From assembly GCA_000934665.2 (NCBI GenBank), contig KZ538668.1, forward strand, positions 1 to 59,604: DNA of 59,604 bases, written 5' to 3'. The notes under the pieces are model-generated. The model ran no database searches. It worked only from the letters and a program-made list of their open reading frames with translations, and had not been told where the DNA came from. This DNA is from Catajapyx aquilonaris. Taxonomy: Eukaryota. Below, piece after piece: positions 34,901 through 49,900 of this stretch (within the stretch, counting starts at the first letter, position 1; the number at the start of each line of letters is the position of its first letter). The position numbers and the translations under genes were made by a program.

Positions 34901-37900
34901 TTGACACCCCTAGGATCTTAATGGCACTTGTTGTGTTGGCAGGGATTCCCGGATTCCTCATCGACGGACCAGGCTCCGGGTTGACGTACGGGGAGGGCTT
35001 TCAGGTTGGCCTATTTAGGGAAGGGGGGGCTAAATTCACTTTGAGGGCGGTGACATGTGGTTGGTGACAGGGAGAGAACTGTAGGGTACAAACAAGCGCA
35101 TAATGTCGTTTCTGTTTCTATAGCTCTCGGCCTATTAATTAGGCATTATTACAATGTCGAGGTACAATTTGTACAGCGCGATAAGACATCAGGTTGAATA
35201 ATTAAGCACGGGTAGAGGTGCGCAGGTCACCATTCCCGCATTTTCCCCTCTCCTAAATATTCATGCGAATATTAGCAGGCGACCTACATATTTCTGTGGT
35301 GCCTGTACACTACATGGTAAATTCAATGGACTCGTATCACCGGGGCTCGTTGTTCATATCGGCCCTTTTTGAAGAATGCTGTTTTGTTGGCTCAATTCCG
35401 TGTCAATGGTCTCTTGTGTAACCATAATGATGATGAAGTTTCCGCCAGACTATTGAACTGATGAATTTCTCGGTTGTAATGGGAGTGCCACTATACCTAG
35501 GGCACAATTATGAAATTAATCGACTCATTTACATAGCTTACCCCTGCCATTTCCAATACGCGTAATGGTTTATGGCTATTGGCAAACAACACTCGCAACA
35601 AGAAATAATGACCATTTCAGAAGTTACAAGCAGGGATCAAAATGCACAATCGGCAATTAATTCCATCCACACGTATGCCCCTTTATGTACCGGAAAAATT
35701 AGTGTCAACGTGCACTAATTTTAAAGTGGCCCACTTCATGAAGTACATGATGCATCTCTTCCCTTTAACGTAGCTGCAACAGCCATAACAAAACAGCCTA
35801 GCTGCAGGCTCCCCCCTCCCCCCCAGCTCTCATGAACCGCAAATTGCATAAAGATAGGAGCATAGAGAGAGTGCACTTTTTGTACTCATCTGCAAAAAAA
35901 AACTCCAACAAACTCACGTTTGCATATAATTTCGCCCTCACTTTCAACCCCCGCGATTTTTCACCTCTTTTTTTCACCTTAAAAAATGGTGGTCCCATCA
36001 CAACCCCACCGACTTAGACGAACTATGTACTCGACCCTTGACAAAAGGTAGCTCGACACAAAAAATGTCTAGTTATTATATCCCTTGGCTCCTGAAGAAG
36101 TACGGCATCAATCCAATCGGCAGGGCTGGCTGCTTTTCACACGCCCACCTTCCACACCCCCTTTACTTGATCAATTCCTCCAAAGACAGACAATCCTATT
36201 TCTCACGCCCAGCTAAGCCCCACGTTTGCCCAACTAAGTTCAGGACTTTGGCAAAAAAAAAGGGGAGGGGGGCGTTGTCAAATGAGAGAGTTTCAAGGGC
36301 TGCAGGATATATAATGGATGGTCCTTTCGCACCGTCATGTCCGCTTGCTGGGTGAGAAATCATATCTGGCACCAACCAAACCTCCAAAACGTTGATTCCT
36401 TCTGCTTCTCTTCTCCGGTTGTTCNNCCCCCCCCCCCCTCTGGAAACAGACACTTCCTCTCATTGTACATTCCAATCAGATTCAGCATTTCAGCTGTCGC
36501 GTTTTCCTTCGGGTCGTCGAACGTCGAGCCCTGAAGTCAGGCTGTCGGCGACGCTTTATGCCCAGCGATTGGGCGCTTTTCATTTCCGATTCAGATGTAT
36601 GGTCAGTGCACGTGTGTGGCGCCGATTTTTGCTCGTAAATATGGACCCTTCCTAATGGGGCTATCAAAATTCGGTACTCAAATGGTTAAAAGCGTACTCG
36701 CCGATAATACGAGTCTGAATAGCTGAAGTGGATTGGCGATGTTTACTGCGACGGTCACGTGATGGCTCTAAGCACGTATAGTGTCCTGACGTGAATAGCA
36801 ATTAAGCCGGAGTCAAAATAAAATCTTAATGCAGTACAGTAGACATAGCACAATGGGTATGATATAAGCATGAAACAGCCTGTCCCGAATCCCCACAAAT
36901 GGATAGTGTCGACGTGTTACTTTCCGGTCACAGAAATTGTGACAGCGTGAGCATGTCACTCGGGTCTAGGTCAGCAGATGAATGCAGCCATCATGACGAG
37001 AGATCTGTGAGGCGGTAGACTGTGCTATAGTGGAACTGGAATCTGTCGCGAGCTTTCCAAATTTTATCGCGGGAGATGCGACATCAGCGTTGCGTGATGG
37101 TCCTGCCGTCATCGGCCTTTTGACGCAGGTCAAAATTTGATGGCTAGATTACAAAGTGGTTTTGACTGCGGATTGGCCTCACACGGCATGTATACCAGCA
37201 GGATTCCTTCGCGGTCGTAAATCTCATCATCAGATACACAGACCTACTCGGAAACCATGCAGATTGTCACGGGAAGTGATGTTTACGAACAAGTGCCAAA
37301 GATCCTGGAATTCATGATGTATAGAGAGAAAAAACTTTCTTCAGCAATACGACGTTCGTCACAATGTGATGAATCCTTGCCGGAATCAGAAACCAAAGAC
37401 AATGACGGAGGCCTACTTGGAGCTCTCTTTCCCATATATTCAGGTCAAACTTTAATATTCCACCAGCACACGTAATATTATTAGCCAGCCAACTTGCACT
37501 TCAATCTCGAAAGTTCAAGAGAAGGTTCTGCATGAAACATGTAATTCTCAAAGCGTTTCGGAACTTATTAAAACTTGCGCAGTCCGACAATTTAAGCGCA
37601 CAGTCACAAAGCTCATATATTTTATATACTGTACAAGATTAAGCCGAATTTGGCATATACAAGGTACAATGAATGCATAAATCCTCCTCGGCTCTCTTTG
37701 AGGACAATGTACTTTGTATACCGGTTAATTAATCATACCTGAGGCTGTATAAATCCTTATTGTATTCATGCCGCATGCACCACCCACGACATCCGAACTG
37801 AGCAATTATTGTGTACACGCACACCCAAGTATCACCATCAATGGTTATGATTACAACTCCAAAGCCGCCAGTAATCTGCACCAACATATTCCATAAAAAC

Positions 37901-40900
37901 TAACAAACGCATTACTGTCGGGCACCCCCAAAAAATGAAAACTCTCTTTGCATTGTCGCCTCTTCCGCTTGCCACTTTTACACCAGTTTCCATTTCCCAG
38001 ATAGTCCCTCCCCGTTATGGATCGCGTCCCATGTTTCACAACTGCATCAGATCCATGGACAGTAATGGGACAAATAAAATAACTGCAGCACAGGCCGCGG
38101 CGATTCCAAGAAGGCTGCAATTACAGGCAATGCAGATAAGAAGCCATCTCGCACGTATACGGCCTCCCCCAGAGTGTACAAAGTCGCTATAAAGGATCCG
38201 TTTATGGAGCGGATTTTCCAAAAAAAAAAAAAGGCGGCGGCGGCAACGGCTTGCAAGCTACCACCAGTAGTGGTATTTCCTTGTGCCAGAGGTTACAGAA
38301 AAAAAAAATTAAGACTCGAGGCCATAAGCAGGATCAACGCCAGCATATAGGTAACTCGGCTGGGGTAGAAACTCCAGCCGGGAGTAAATTTCGTTATGAG
38401 TTCCTGGGGGAGTTTGGGTTTCCCCCCCACGTGATCCATTCCACCGAAATTAGCGCAGCAGAAGGACTTATTGGCCAATTAGGCCCGCCCACGTTGCGGG
38501 ATTAAATAATTACAGACCCAGGCGCAACTCGGAACGCACTTTCCATTACCGATGGAAGCACAAGCAGGGACCGAAGTCACACTCAAAATTTCCTGGCCCC
38601 CTTCATACACCTCGAGGTCCTTCTTTCACGAGCAGCAAGTGACGTGCATCCGACTCTACAATTTGATTACTACACAGTTTCAATTGGTTTTACTTATTGA
38701 TCAAGCGACCCAAGACGTCCTGACTTCTATTCTCGGCGATTTCCTATAATCGATGCCTTCCCCTATAGGTGGCCTACAAGAAGGTTCTAACTTGGCACCC
38801 ACTGCTATTTTTTTTTTTGCTGGTTGGCATTAATCTGCACACAAATTTGCATCAAAATGAGTCGCAATGACATCACTCACTTTTGATTTCTCCGGATTAC
38901 CCGCTCGGTAGCACACTAAACCATCATGACTCACTCGCCCGAAAAATTGCATTTAAAATGACCGAATGTCAAATCAGGGGGCCCCACCCACGAATTATGA
39001 ACAGCGTCATACTGCAGGTATTCCAAAATGCCTGAAAGCCATACAAATGCGACTAACTGCACCTGCAGTATACACTGATTATACTGCTAGCAGGCCAGGC
39101 TCAGCTGGCACTTTAAAACTTAAAATTCGTGCCAAAAATATATAGTGTTTCACTGACTCAATTAGCCAGATTTTCCGCGAAATTCTAAAAGTCGACACAT
39201 TTTTGCCGTGTACCCCTTCTATGCAATTATCGAGTTGCGCTTCCATTAGTAGGTCCACCAGGCCTCGGCAATGAAATCCGGTGGGTAAGGAAGCAGAAAA
39301 CGAAGCCCAGGTTTTTCCGGGACGGAAGACAGGTGATGGCTTTACATTTTCACGCGCAAAGAAAATCCCCAGTCCGGATTACGGCTATGTTCCGGCCCTA
39401 ACGGCCGCCCCTGCAACCCAAAACACCAGCCAATTCCATCCTGAGCCCCTCGGAAGGAGAGGAAGAAATCCACGGAGAAGGAAGGAAAAAGCCGTAGAGA
39501 GGAAAAATCCGGGGTGGGCGGAAAAAAAAACCCAAAAGAAGAAGAAGAAAAAAAAAAAAGCTCCGGATAACGACCCACATTTCCAACTCGCAACATAAGC
39601 TGCCTCCACTTGGCCTTTGACGCCCCAACTAAATCTTTACGGCCGCCTTGCTCTTATTAGGCTAAGGCCAAAAAAGAGATTCGCCACTGCCGCATTTGGG
39701 AACCGCTCTTTTTGCACATCATACAGACCCCCCCGGCAATTCCTGCACATTACATTGTAACTCAATCCACTGAACCAACAAATCTAGTTTCCTCGGTTGC
39801 TGACTAATGTCGTGTTTACGACAGCTAGAGAAATCTCGCAGCTACTTATTCTACATAATACCTGTAACTCTGTAAGTACGGGTCATGTAAGCGAAGAAAT
39901 GTCAATTTGCTCGTGACCGCAATTAATTTAAATAGGAAAGGTGGTTGGGAGCTCTGGATGTACACCAGCTTCCCCAAAAAGTACTTGTAAAACTGGTCCA
40001 CAAATTCGCCATAATTCGAATGGTATGTCGTGTATATAGGTACTGGATTATTTCGCCGAAACTTATTAATTGCGCCCAGAGCAGCGCTGCATGCAAAATT
40101 TTCCCATAAAGGCTTCTGCTAATCGTTATTCACAACAAGTTCCATAAGCCTCGACATGCCCCCTCCATATAACACATTTGTACAAATCGCTTTATCGCCT
40201 TAATTTGTCCACATTCCCGTAACTGGGTACGGGCAGGACAAATAATTAAATTTGCGAGTTACAAAAGTTATGACTTAGAAGTGTGATAACCAGCGCCATG
40301 CCTATTTTCACCGTGCAGCTAAATTTAGTAACGCAGGTTGATTACGTTTCCAGCTCTCATATATGCTAATATTTAGGGACCACTGCTGCTCACATTTTAT
40401 CAAGCGTGGCAATAACTTGCTTAGCAAAACAGTGCTCAGGAGAATACTGTACATTTGAAAAACGCCCGCTGCATCGCACTCCAAAGACAGAATTAAATTT
40501 CACTTGTTATAGACAAGCGTTCTGCTCCAATCCTTCATCCATCATTGTAAGTAACTGGGACCAGGCACTTACTCTTCCAGCTAACAATCAGTAAAGGACA
40601 ACAAACCTTAATCATAGTCGAAGCAATAACTGTGAGTGGCAGAACGGTCGAACCCCACAGATGGCAACACACATCTGGCTCTGCCCAACTATCCACGACA
40701 GAAAAACAACTGGTACCGTTTCTTGTACCGAACAAGTTAACATTTCGACCCCGATTCCACCCCCTACGGCACAGTTTGTGGTCCCTCATGATATATCCGC
40801 ACACTGCAAGTCGAAGCCTCGCTCGAACCAAAACCCCCCCGCTTAGCCTTTCATAATAAATACATGTACAATACACTGGTTCAGTATCCGTTCTCCCCAG

Positions 40901-43900
40901 CCCCGATGCTATTACCCTGTTTTTACTACCCCCGAAGTTTCCTACCTATTGACTCATAAATCGAAGTTATGCCTCCATACAAGAGACAGACGCTGGCAAA
41001 TGAGGAGGTGGGCGGGAGGATGCAAGGAACTGAGGGGAGGGGGGGGGGGTCGTCTTTCTCGTCTTATTGCGACATTTATGAACCAGAAATGCCTACTGGC
41101 TAAGTGCCATTTTTGATATGATAAAGGCGGCGGCCTAAAATATACGCTGCCTTTGGGGTATCACATTATAGGTAAATATTCGGAAATAACATCTCGGAAT
41201 TCTCCTAAAATGATAATAAGATCCGGTTTATGCAGGAGTTTTCGCTCCCGCCTCTGGAGGCTTCATTCATTGGAGGATTCGGTTTTCCTTCTATCATCCG
41301 GATATCTCATCAGTCGCAATTGCATCATGAGCCACTAAAGTCACAGCGGTCCCGATAGGGAATTTCTTTAGCCTCTACCACCTTTCAAGGATGAGTTGAA
41401 GGCCCTCTTACTTATTGGAACCACGGTTGCTCATATATACGATATACATCAGGCAATATGGAGAAGTAGTTCTCAGCAGCATATCAGCCTGTCAGGGACT
41501 ATCAGGGCCGTCAATGTTACATCCAACCTTCAACTATACAAGACAAGGTTAGTGAGGCTACGAGGTTTCCCGATTTGGTCCGATATATACGACCAGGCCT
41601 GGAAAGTTCCCACAAAACGTCCTGTCAAGTCCAAAGCTTGAAACACCTGACATGACAAAAATTCGCAAAACTCCCTCCAAATAATTCATCCGTCTTGATT
41701 GTACGCCAAAGCAAGTTGCCAGAAAATGCCTGGAACACACCGCAGCTTCACATGTCGCCCTCAACACGACAACGGCGAGAAAACCTCCCGCAAATGCGAC
41801 CATCATGAAGCGATCCTGGTCTCCGTAGCAGCCACTCTCCTTTCCGCAAAAACCATAACCGAGTCCTGCATATATTTTTTGTTCAAACCCGGTTTTTCCC
41901 CCCCACACAAGAGGCGTCCGCTGGGTCTCATAATGCAACCACAGTCACTTCCACCCTGTACAATTACAGAGTAGAAGGCGGCTCACCATACCATTTTCCT
42001 CCCCACTCTCATTTCAACGATTTCCACCAGGTCGAGTTTACATGGGTCCAAAAACAGCTTCGCCAAGTGCCGACGATTATTACTCCATTTTCTTCGCAGC
42101 AGCTTCTTGCGTGCGACGCCAGATTTACGGACGTGCTGCACGCCCAAAAAACATACATAAAAAAAAATATCAAGGGAGGGAAGAAACCTCTCCTATTTTT
42201 TTCTCTCTCTCTCCCAAAGCCTGAATGGCCAAATCGTGCATTTTTATGCACGACTCGTGCGCACATTTTTTTCCCCAGTAGAATGTACCCACATTGTCCG
42301 GATTACAAACGAGGCCGTTTGCTGAACGTTAGTATAAGTAAATCGCCTTTTCTCAGGTATCCCCCGCCAGTTTTCGTGGCACTTTACTAAATTACATGAT
42401 TACACCATGTTATTAACGGAATTGGATTCTAATGCATATACCTACTGCGGTTACCGCTGAGTCCCGGAACCATTTTCATTTTTATAATCACCACTTTTTA
42501 AAATTCTCTGCAAGGTATGTCAAGTGCACTTCTGGGGCATCCAAATTACGTGCAAGATTAAGATAACATTAATACGGAATATATGGTCATTTTTTGCTTC
42601 TAAAAATATGGCCAATTAAAATTGACACCCCAATTTCATTGGTAGCTAGCTCGTTAAAATACTATAAAAAGCAGGCAACAGAATATATGTTGCCTGTGAC
42701 ATGTTGCACATAGCGACAGAAAATATGGTCCGGTTCTAATCCGTCCTCGCAGCCATTGGGACAAAGCATTACAATCCAAACGATATGACGAAAGTCAATC
42801 CCTCGCTATTCAGACCCATAACTCCCTTTATAGTTACAGGCTCTGTGAAAGAAAATAACACTCCCAACCTACTATTAACCTGTCTGACTCTCCATTTTAA
42901 CCCCTTCCTCTTTCCCTTTAAAAAAAAATACGGTTGTGACATCGAAATGTCAGAGTTGCATGTGAGTTCACGGAAATAAATTGACCGCGTGCACGTGATT
43001 AATCGATACAGCTTGACCATTAAAATTTTCCCTCTTCAGTCGGTATAATTAACACGGCTTGATTACCCCGCACGAAAATATACGCTATCTCCGTACGCAT
43101 CAGAATCGCAGGGTGTTTTAGCACACGACCCATCCAAATCATATGGCAGTTTATTACGGCGCACCCTGTATGCCGTCCCGTTTTCCAGCAGAAAAACAGG
43201 TAAATAAAACCGGCAGTTGAATATTATTGCTCGCCATACGCGCATCTCAGGGACGGTTCGTTGCCCTCTACCATTGTGACGTACCCATATTTTGTCCAGA
43301 TATTATTATTTTTTTTTTTGCGTGAGGTTAAGCTCAAGGATGCTGCTTAATCCTGCAAGCATGAGATATGAAAAGAGCACTATTAAAGCACCTGTTACGC
43401 ACACCCTATGGGTATAACGACCCGTCACTCACGCAATCGTCGCCATCCTCCCCTATTGGTCCAATTACCGAGTCAACTCTCGGGGATTGGACCCAACTGA
43501 GCATCCCTATTTTCCTCGGGCCCGCAGGCAAGGAGGTCATCTGGTTGGAGTTTCGCAACGCACAACAAAACTCTTGCAAAATAGCCATTGGCGGAATCTG
43601 ATAGTAGGCCCGCTCCAATTCCGCCTAATGCTCGATAGTTGTTGTCAAACTAAAGGCAAGGGACTGCTCGACCTCATTTTCCCGGCCAAGATGACCTGTG
43701 CACAACGGTCAGGTGAAACATCCCGCAAAATCGACCCTGTCTGGCTGGCTGCTCCGGGGGGTTGACACGTAGCCAATGTGCGACACGTGACGATGACACA
43801 TGTGCGACCACTTCGACACATGTCATCCGCACTGCCTACGACGCGACTACGCCCCGAAAAAACTTTTTTTTCCCCCCTCCTCTCCCTGGTGTAATCAGGT

Positions 43901-46900
43901 GGGAGGTGCTCTGTACACACGACCAGGGCTGTAGTTTGGATGCGCTCTGCAATTTCGTGCGCTCTAATGCACAAAGGCATCATAAAGGTTCGTTATAAGT
44001 TAATTGGTATAAAACTGCTTCAGAGGGAGGGGAGGGAGTTAAAAAAAAAAGCGAGTTCATGCATCATTGCTGCAGTACAATTTGTTCAAAAATACTTCCC
44101 GGCTAGTGCCTTGGCCATTCTGCAATATGATGGCGAATCCTTTTGTACACACAGAGAGTGCTAATGATTCAATCTTGATGCGCACTTGTAGCGCGAAATC
44201 AGCCTGTGTCATACACTGCATAGCTCTATACGGTGAAAGAGCCATGCGTTAATAAGTGGATGATTATTCCCAGCCATCGTCATAGAAACGCTAACTGAAA
44301 CGAGACGAAAATAATGTACCTGCTAACTCTGGCGTTATGACGGATGATGAAACTCACGGATTCGACGCATAAGGTCCACACTTTTTGGCTCTTAACTTAC
44401 ATTGTTGCAAACGAACTGACTCGAAATAATATTCTTCGGAGTGAATCCGGATGAAATTTGAATGCTGAACAGATGCGTTTTCCTCAGAGCTAACTATACA
44501 TTGTGGTCGAGCAGTATCGTGCAGCTTCGGTATTTTCGCGACGTTACTTAGCACCATTATCCGATGCAATGTGGGTTGCGGACTCGCCGGGTGTCGGACC
44601 CTGGTATTCGCAATGACACGGCCTGAGGTTACCGTCCTCGCTTAACTTGGCCCTTGGGTTAGCCTATATAGACCTGCAAAGCCGGAAGGAAAGCGGGGGG
44701 CAGAGGGGGGGTAAAGCAGGCAGGCGAGGATGCATATTAAGGGGGGGTATTCCCTCCCGAAATGAAGAACATAGCCGGTGTTTTGGCAAGCGCGAATTCC
44801 GGAGCAGCTGTGCGGCCGCAGCCGACCGCGAAATCGGATGTCCGTTGCCGCCACGGCGATTCTCTCACTCTGCTGGGGCGTGCCCCACCATCTTCCACAA
44901 AGGATATATAGATACACTATATACTCGGCTACACCACCTGATATGCGTCCCCGCTTCTCCCATTACAACCATTCCAGTATCCCCCCCAAAACACTTACCA
45001 CTTAACTACTGCCACGCCCAACTAACCGGCCTCCCAAAACCTCCCCAGAAACTTCTACTCACTGCATTGTCTACACGCTATTTCAAGAGCCAGGCCGCTC
45101 GGTTTCAAGGGTTGCTGGGAAGCTTCAAAGCGCGTTCGGGAACAGCAGATTTTCCTGGCTGTAATTGCATTTTTGTCATGGCTATATGCAGCGCAGAGTA
45201 ATATTCATCTGCCGTCGGACCGGATAGAAAGTTTTTCCAACGAGACTTTCCCCTTCACGCAATTCTGCAATCTCCGAGACCCTCCCCGAATTTCATCTAC
45301 ACCCCCCCGAAAAAGACACCTTTGAACGAAAATTAGAGTCGAGGAAAACGAAGCTTCTGCCGGCTTCATCAGAGCATAGTAAATCACACCTTTTCTGCCT
45401 CCCCCCGCCCCTATTTTCCTTTGGCAGGATACGGCCACAATCCAGGGGATGCCATCATCCGCCTAAAAACATAATCTTGACACCCCCCCCTGTAGACGTC
45501 TCTCAAGCCGGTGGAGGGAGAAACATTTCGCAGGAGACCAATAATCCACTTTTGCTCGCCAATTTTTCCCGCGGACCCCCCCACCCCCTCCAGAAAAAAA
45601 AAAAAAACGTGGGGAAGCAGGGGGTGGGCGTGAGAAAAGTGCTCTTTTACGGCTTTCCTCCCAAAGTCTCCCGTCGAGGGAGGAAAACGCCCGGATTTAA
45701 AGCAACAGGAGCCTTTCCCCGAATGACGAGTTTCATCCTACCCCCAACAACATGTATTGCTGTGGGACGTGTGTCGCACTTTAAGTACCCCGAGCCTTCA
45801 AAGGGAAAAGGTAAACAACAAAAAAAAGGTGGTTGCACCAAAAATGCAACTGCCTTTTTCGCAGGCTGCACTGCAAGGGGACAAATAATGTATGAATGCA
45901 CACAGGACCAAAAAATGAGGGTAACTGATTTTTCCTTCTCAGTAGGCACCCACTCTAACGGAACAACTTTCACCTTTTAGGTGGTCCGTTAGAAATTCCC
46001 ATCATACGCTGAAGCAGTCCATAAACCTCCCCGCACCATACAATCCAGCGTTCAAAATTCAGTTCTTCTCTCCCCATTTTTCGCATGGGACAGTTCCTAA
46101 AAGCGTGAAACCGCCCACCCCCAACACACACTTTGTAATCTTTTTTCTTCTTCTTCCATTTTCTTTAAAGGGGGGCGAATCTTCCATGGAAAATGGTAAA
46201 GATGGAAGCATGAGGAGGGGATCAGCATGCATCAGTAGACAAAGCAGCATCTTCCCCTACTTTGTGGTCGATACATCATGGCCAGCAGCAGAGAGACTCA
46301 CTTAGAAGATGGCAGCCCCTAGCACTATATATCTTCTTCTGCCCCCTTTTTAAAACATGGGGACCACAAACTACCATTTTTACTCAGCTTCCATATCCAT
46401 CCCCAGAAGCACAGTGGAGATTTCCTTTGACACTCGGATATGCGGCTACGCGGATATGTACTCTGGGCTTCAAACTTCCCAATATATGTAGACATAACTA
46501 TGACTGTGCATTATTCAAAATATACGCTAACTATCTCAGTAACAAGCCAAATGACACTCCTACATACGTAAAGGGGCTTGTGGTAATGTCGGTATTATTA
46601 AACCCCCTGAATAAATCAATGCTATAGCACCTGTGTGGGCAGAAATTCGTGAAATTTTCGCCATATTCCTGCGGCCGGGATTTAATGAAATGTATCAGCA
46701 TCCTTGCACAATGCGTGCACTTCAATTTGCACATCAAAATCCATGCAGATGCGCTGCGTTCCAAAACCCAGCAGGTACAGAGCTGCGGATCTCAAAACCG
46801 CGTACATAATCCCAGTAGAGCCTGAAATTTTGCCTGGGTCAACCCAGCCATGTGACAGGATTAATCAAAAGGGCGGGATGTCCTAATGGTGAAACTGTGT

Positions 46901-49900
46901 CGCTTTCTGGTTCGGAGTTCTGATTCATCTGGATTCTTCCCCAGCAGCCTTGGGAACTTCCTCACGCCAATTGCACATAAATCCTGATTTTATTCCCTCG
47001 CCACCTTCTTTGCAAAAGCACTTTTTTTGGTGGGAGCCAAAAGTGAGTGGGACTTCTCTCATTTTTAGAGGTCTTCCGACACCTACTATGAGAGATCTAA
47101 AAATTTGCCATATGCAATTCACTGCACATACTAGGTTTGCCTCGGGCTAATCCCAAATGCATTGAAACACTCCAGCGGTCTGCCAGCAGGCGGGTTCAAA
47201 AACCAAAACAGTTCACTTGGTAATTCGCGGCTATTTTTACCCTCAAATACGTATTAAGGTCGCTCCATGATCCAGTATGCAAATCAGACCACCTGATATA
47301 ACTGTTTATAGAGAATGGTCAGCAGGGATGTAGGGCAGGGTCAACCAGAAGCACTTCTACAAATAGGTCTAGGGAATGAACCTGCTATCCTTACACAAAT
47401 TCTCGAGGCTAAACTCGTTTTGAAAATTACGTGTTGATACGCATGCCACGGCTCAAAAATTACCAACCCGAAACGGCACGTGCGTGACAATATCTTCGTA
47501 ATCATCTTACCTCCCCAGTGTAACTCCGCAAAAAATATACTGCAGCACCATGCGTACACGACAACTGTCACTCTTATTCTCCAAGTATTAAACTCGGATT
47601 AAAACTCACCACAGCAAGCTTTCCATCCAGTATGGCGACACGTGTCGAATCGCTTCCTCCGCCATTGTTTCTCCTCCACATAATAAAAACAAAGCCCGGA
47701 TTTCCATATCCTTCCAAGGCAAAAAAAAAAAAAAAAGATGGAAGCCCGCCTTATTCAGCCCTTGTGTCAATCTTCCTCTTTTCCGGCATCTCCGCCTTCA
47801 TTTAAAACTCATTACGCGGTCCAGATGCGCACGCCGAAATCACTTCTCCCAGGTACCGGGGACAAAATCCTCCAACCCGTCTCTTTATGGCCGCCTAAAT
47901 TATTCATCACTCCCAGCCAGACGGATGGAAATTATTTTCATGACCACTTCCTCGAGAGTTTCTGGACCACTTCTTCAAGTCTCGGGAGTTCCTTTTGTTT
48001 GGGCGTCATGCCGTTCCAAATGTAATGGAATTTACTCACCTCCTTTTTCTGCTGATTCAACAGATAATTCTCTTAAAAATAAACTAGGTCAACTCTTTAG
48101 CTCCTTGGAAAAGTAAATTGGGATGCATAAAACCAGAATCATGAGTCCTTGCGATGGGTCGTTTTGACCTGAGCTATTCAAAGAGGTGCTCCAGCCACCC
48201 TATATTCTGAGAAAGAACAAAAGTGCTGAGCCGAATAGATTACGTTTCACAATAATTTCGACCCAGATATTGAGCTGGCTGTTAAGGTGAGAAAATATGG
48301 TCAATAAATGCGTCTCCTTTTTTTCTGGAAATTCGGCGAAAATGCCCGTGGTAGAACTGTACGGGGCCCGGTTTCCTTATAAACCGCATTGTCTGCTTTG
48401 CATTTTCCTGCAGTCCTGGCACTACATCAGCATATTCCAGTGTATAAGGGTGGTGGTGCATTGCTAAAGAGCTAAACCAACATGGGAGATGGGTAGAAAT
48501 GCTGGATTGTTGTACTCCACAAACATTGCGATTGTTGCTTCTGTTGGAGGAAAAAAATTCATATTCACCACACGCCTTTTGACCCATTATGTGCCACCCC
48601 GTGTAACTTGCTGAACACGCGGCAAAACCTCAAAATTGTCGCTTTTACCCCCTCCCTTTTCGTCACATTTTTAAAAGGATAATTTCAGCCGTCCACATCC
48701 GGCCTCAGAATAGGCCCACCCATGCGCTCACCTGCGCGTGAAAATAGCCGCATAAATTGTGTACAACGCATCAAAGCGCAAAACAACATTCGCACCCAGC
48801 ATAAGTGCAAAAAAATTATTATTTTTTGCTCATTTTTATTCCCCTCCCGAGTTTGTAATCAATCTGGGGGCACTGCACATATTTCTCCTCCCCACCCCCT
48901 CCAGGTCTTTTGTCGAAATCATTGATATTGATTACATTCGATGTTCGAGGTTGGGCTCAGTCCGCATGATAATTTTTTTGAACCCCCCAAACCTCCCCAG
49001 GGACGGATATTTTTTATACCAACCGGGCGTTAATTCTGGCGGGGGCTAATTAACGGCGGAAATCACAGATCTGGCCACCAAATAAACCGCTGATTTCAAC
49101 TCTCCCACGCCCGCCCACCCACACCTGCAGCTACACCGGATGATAATGATTCGCCAAGGCTGCGTCTCTTTTTTCGCACGAACTCAGATCGATCCCTGAT
49201 CGATTCGGCCTGGAGAGCGGATGATAGCGAATACCACCCCCCAAGTTCTATATATAAAAAAAAGTCAAGTGTTCCTGCAACTTGTACTGTACTATATGCC
49301 AAATTGTACTGACAAGTTGCTCATAAAAATTCAAATTACTATTACACCACATATGTTAGCAGGCTGAAGAATATTGTGCGGTAGGTGGGTATGACCCCGC
49401 CTCCGGAAGTACACACGAGTGCCATCCGTATCCACAACTGGTGACCTCCGCACGAGGACAAAAAGAGCACAGGCCGAAAAATTCTCTGCACCATTATTAT
49501 CGGCTTTTTGTCTGTTTCTTTCTGCCTTTCTTTTTCCTCCTTTGCCGCAGTGAAATGGCATGGTGCTCAAGGATTCCCCCCATTCATTTATCAGTATTAA
49601 GTCCCAACAAATAAGGTGGATTTCGTGGCCAGGGGGTGTGCGGTGTGCTTGGAACGTAAACTGCACAGGTTGTTTACTTCCCATGTTGAGGATAGGAAGA
49701 ATGAGTCAGGTATTGTGTGAGCGCAGGCTTTAAAGAAAATGAAAGAAAAAAAAAAAGTGGGAAGGAACTTGGAGAATGAGTATTTTCTGGCGTAATCAGA
49801 ACACTCGACTGAACAGAGTAATATGCTATGCTATGAAAGTGGGAGTGCCTCGATTACGCCAAACTTTCTGAAGGAATTTTCCCAATTTGCTGGGAGTGTC

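Noticed and set aside
37140..37220. Peptide LQSGFDCGLA resembling a cysteine-protease active-site motif
   Set aside because: Only a 26-codon ORF, with no other protease motifs or clear splice sites.
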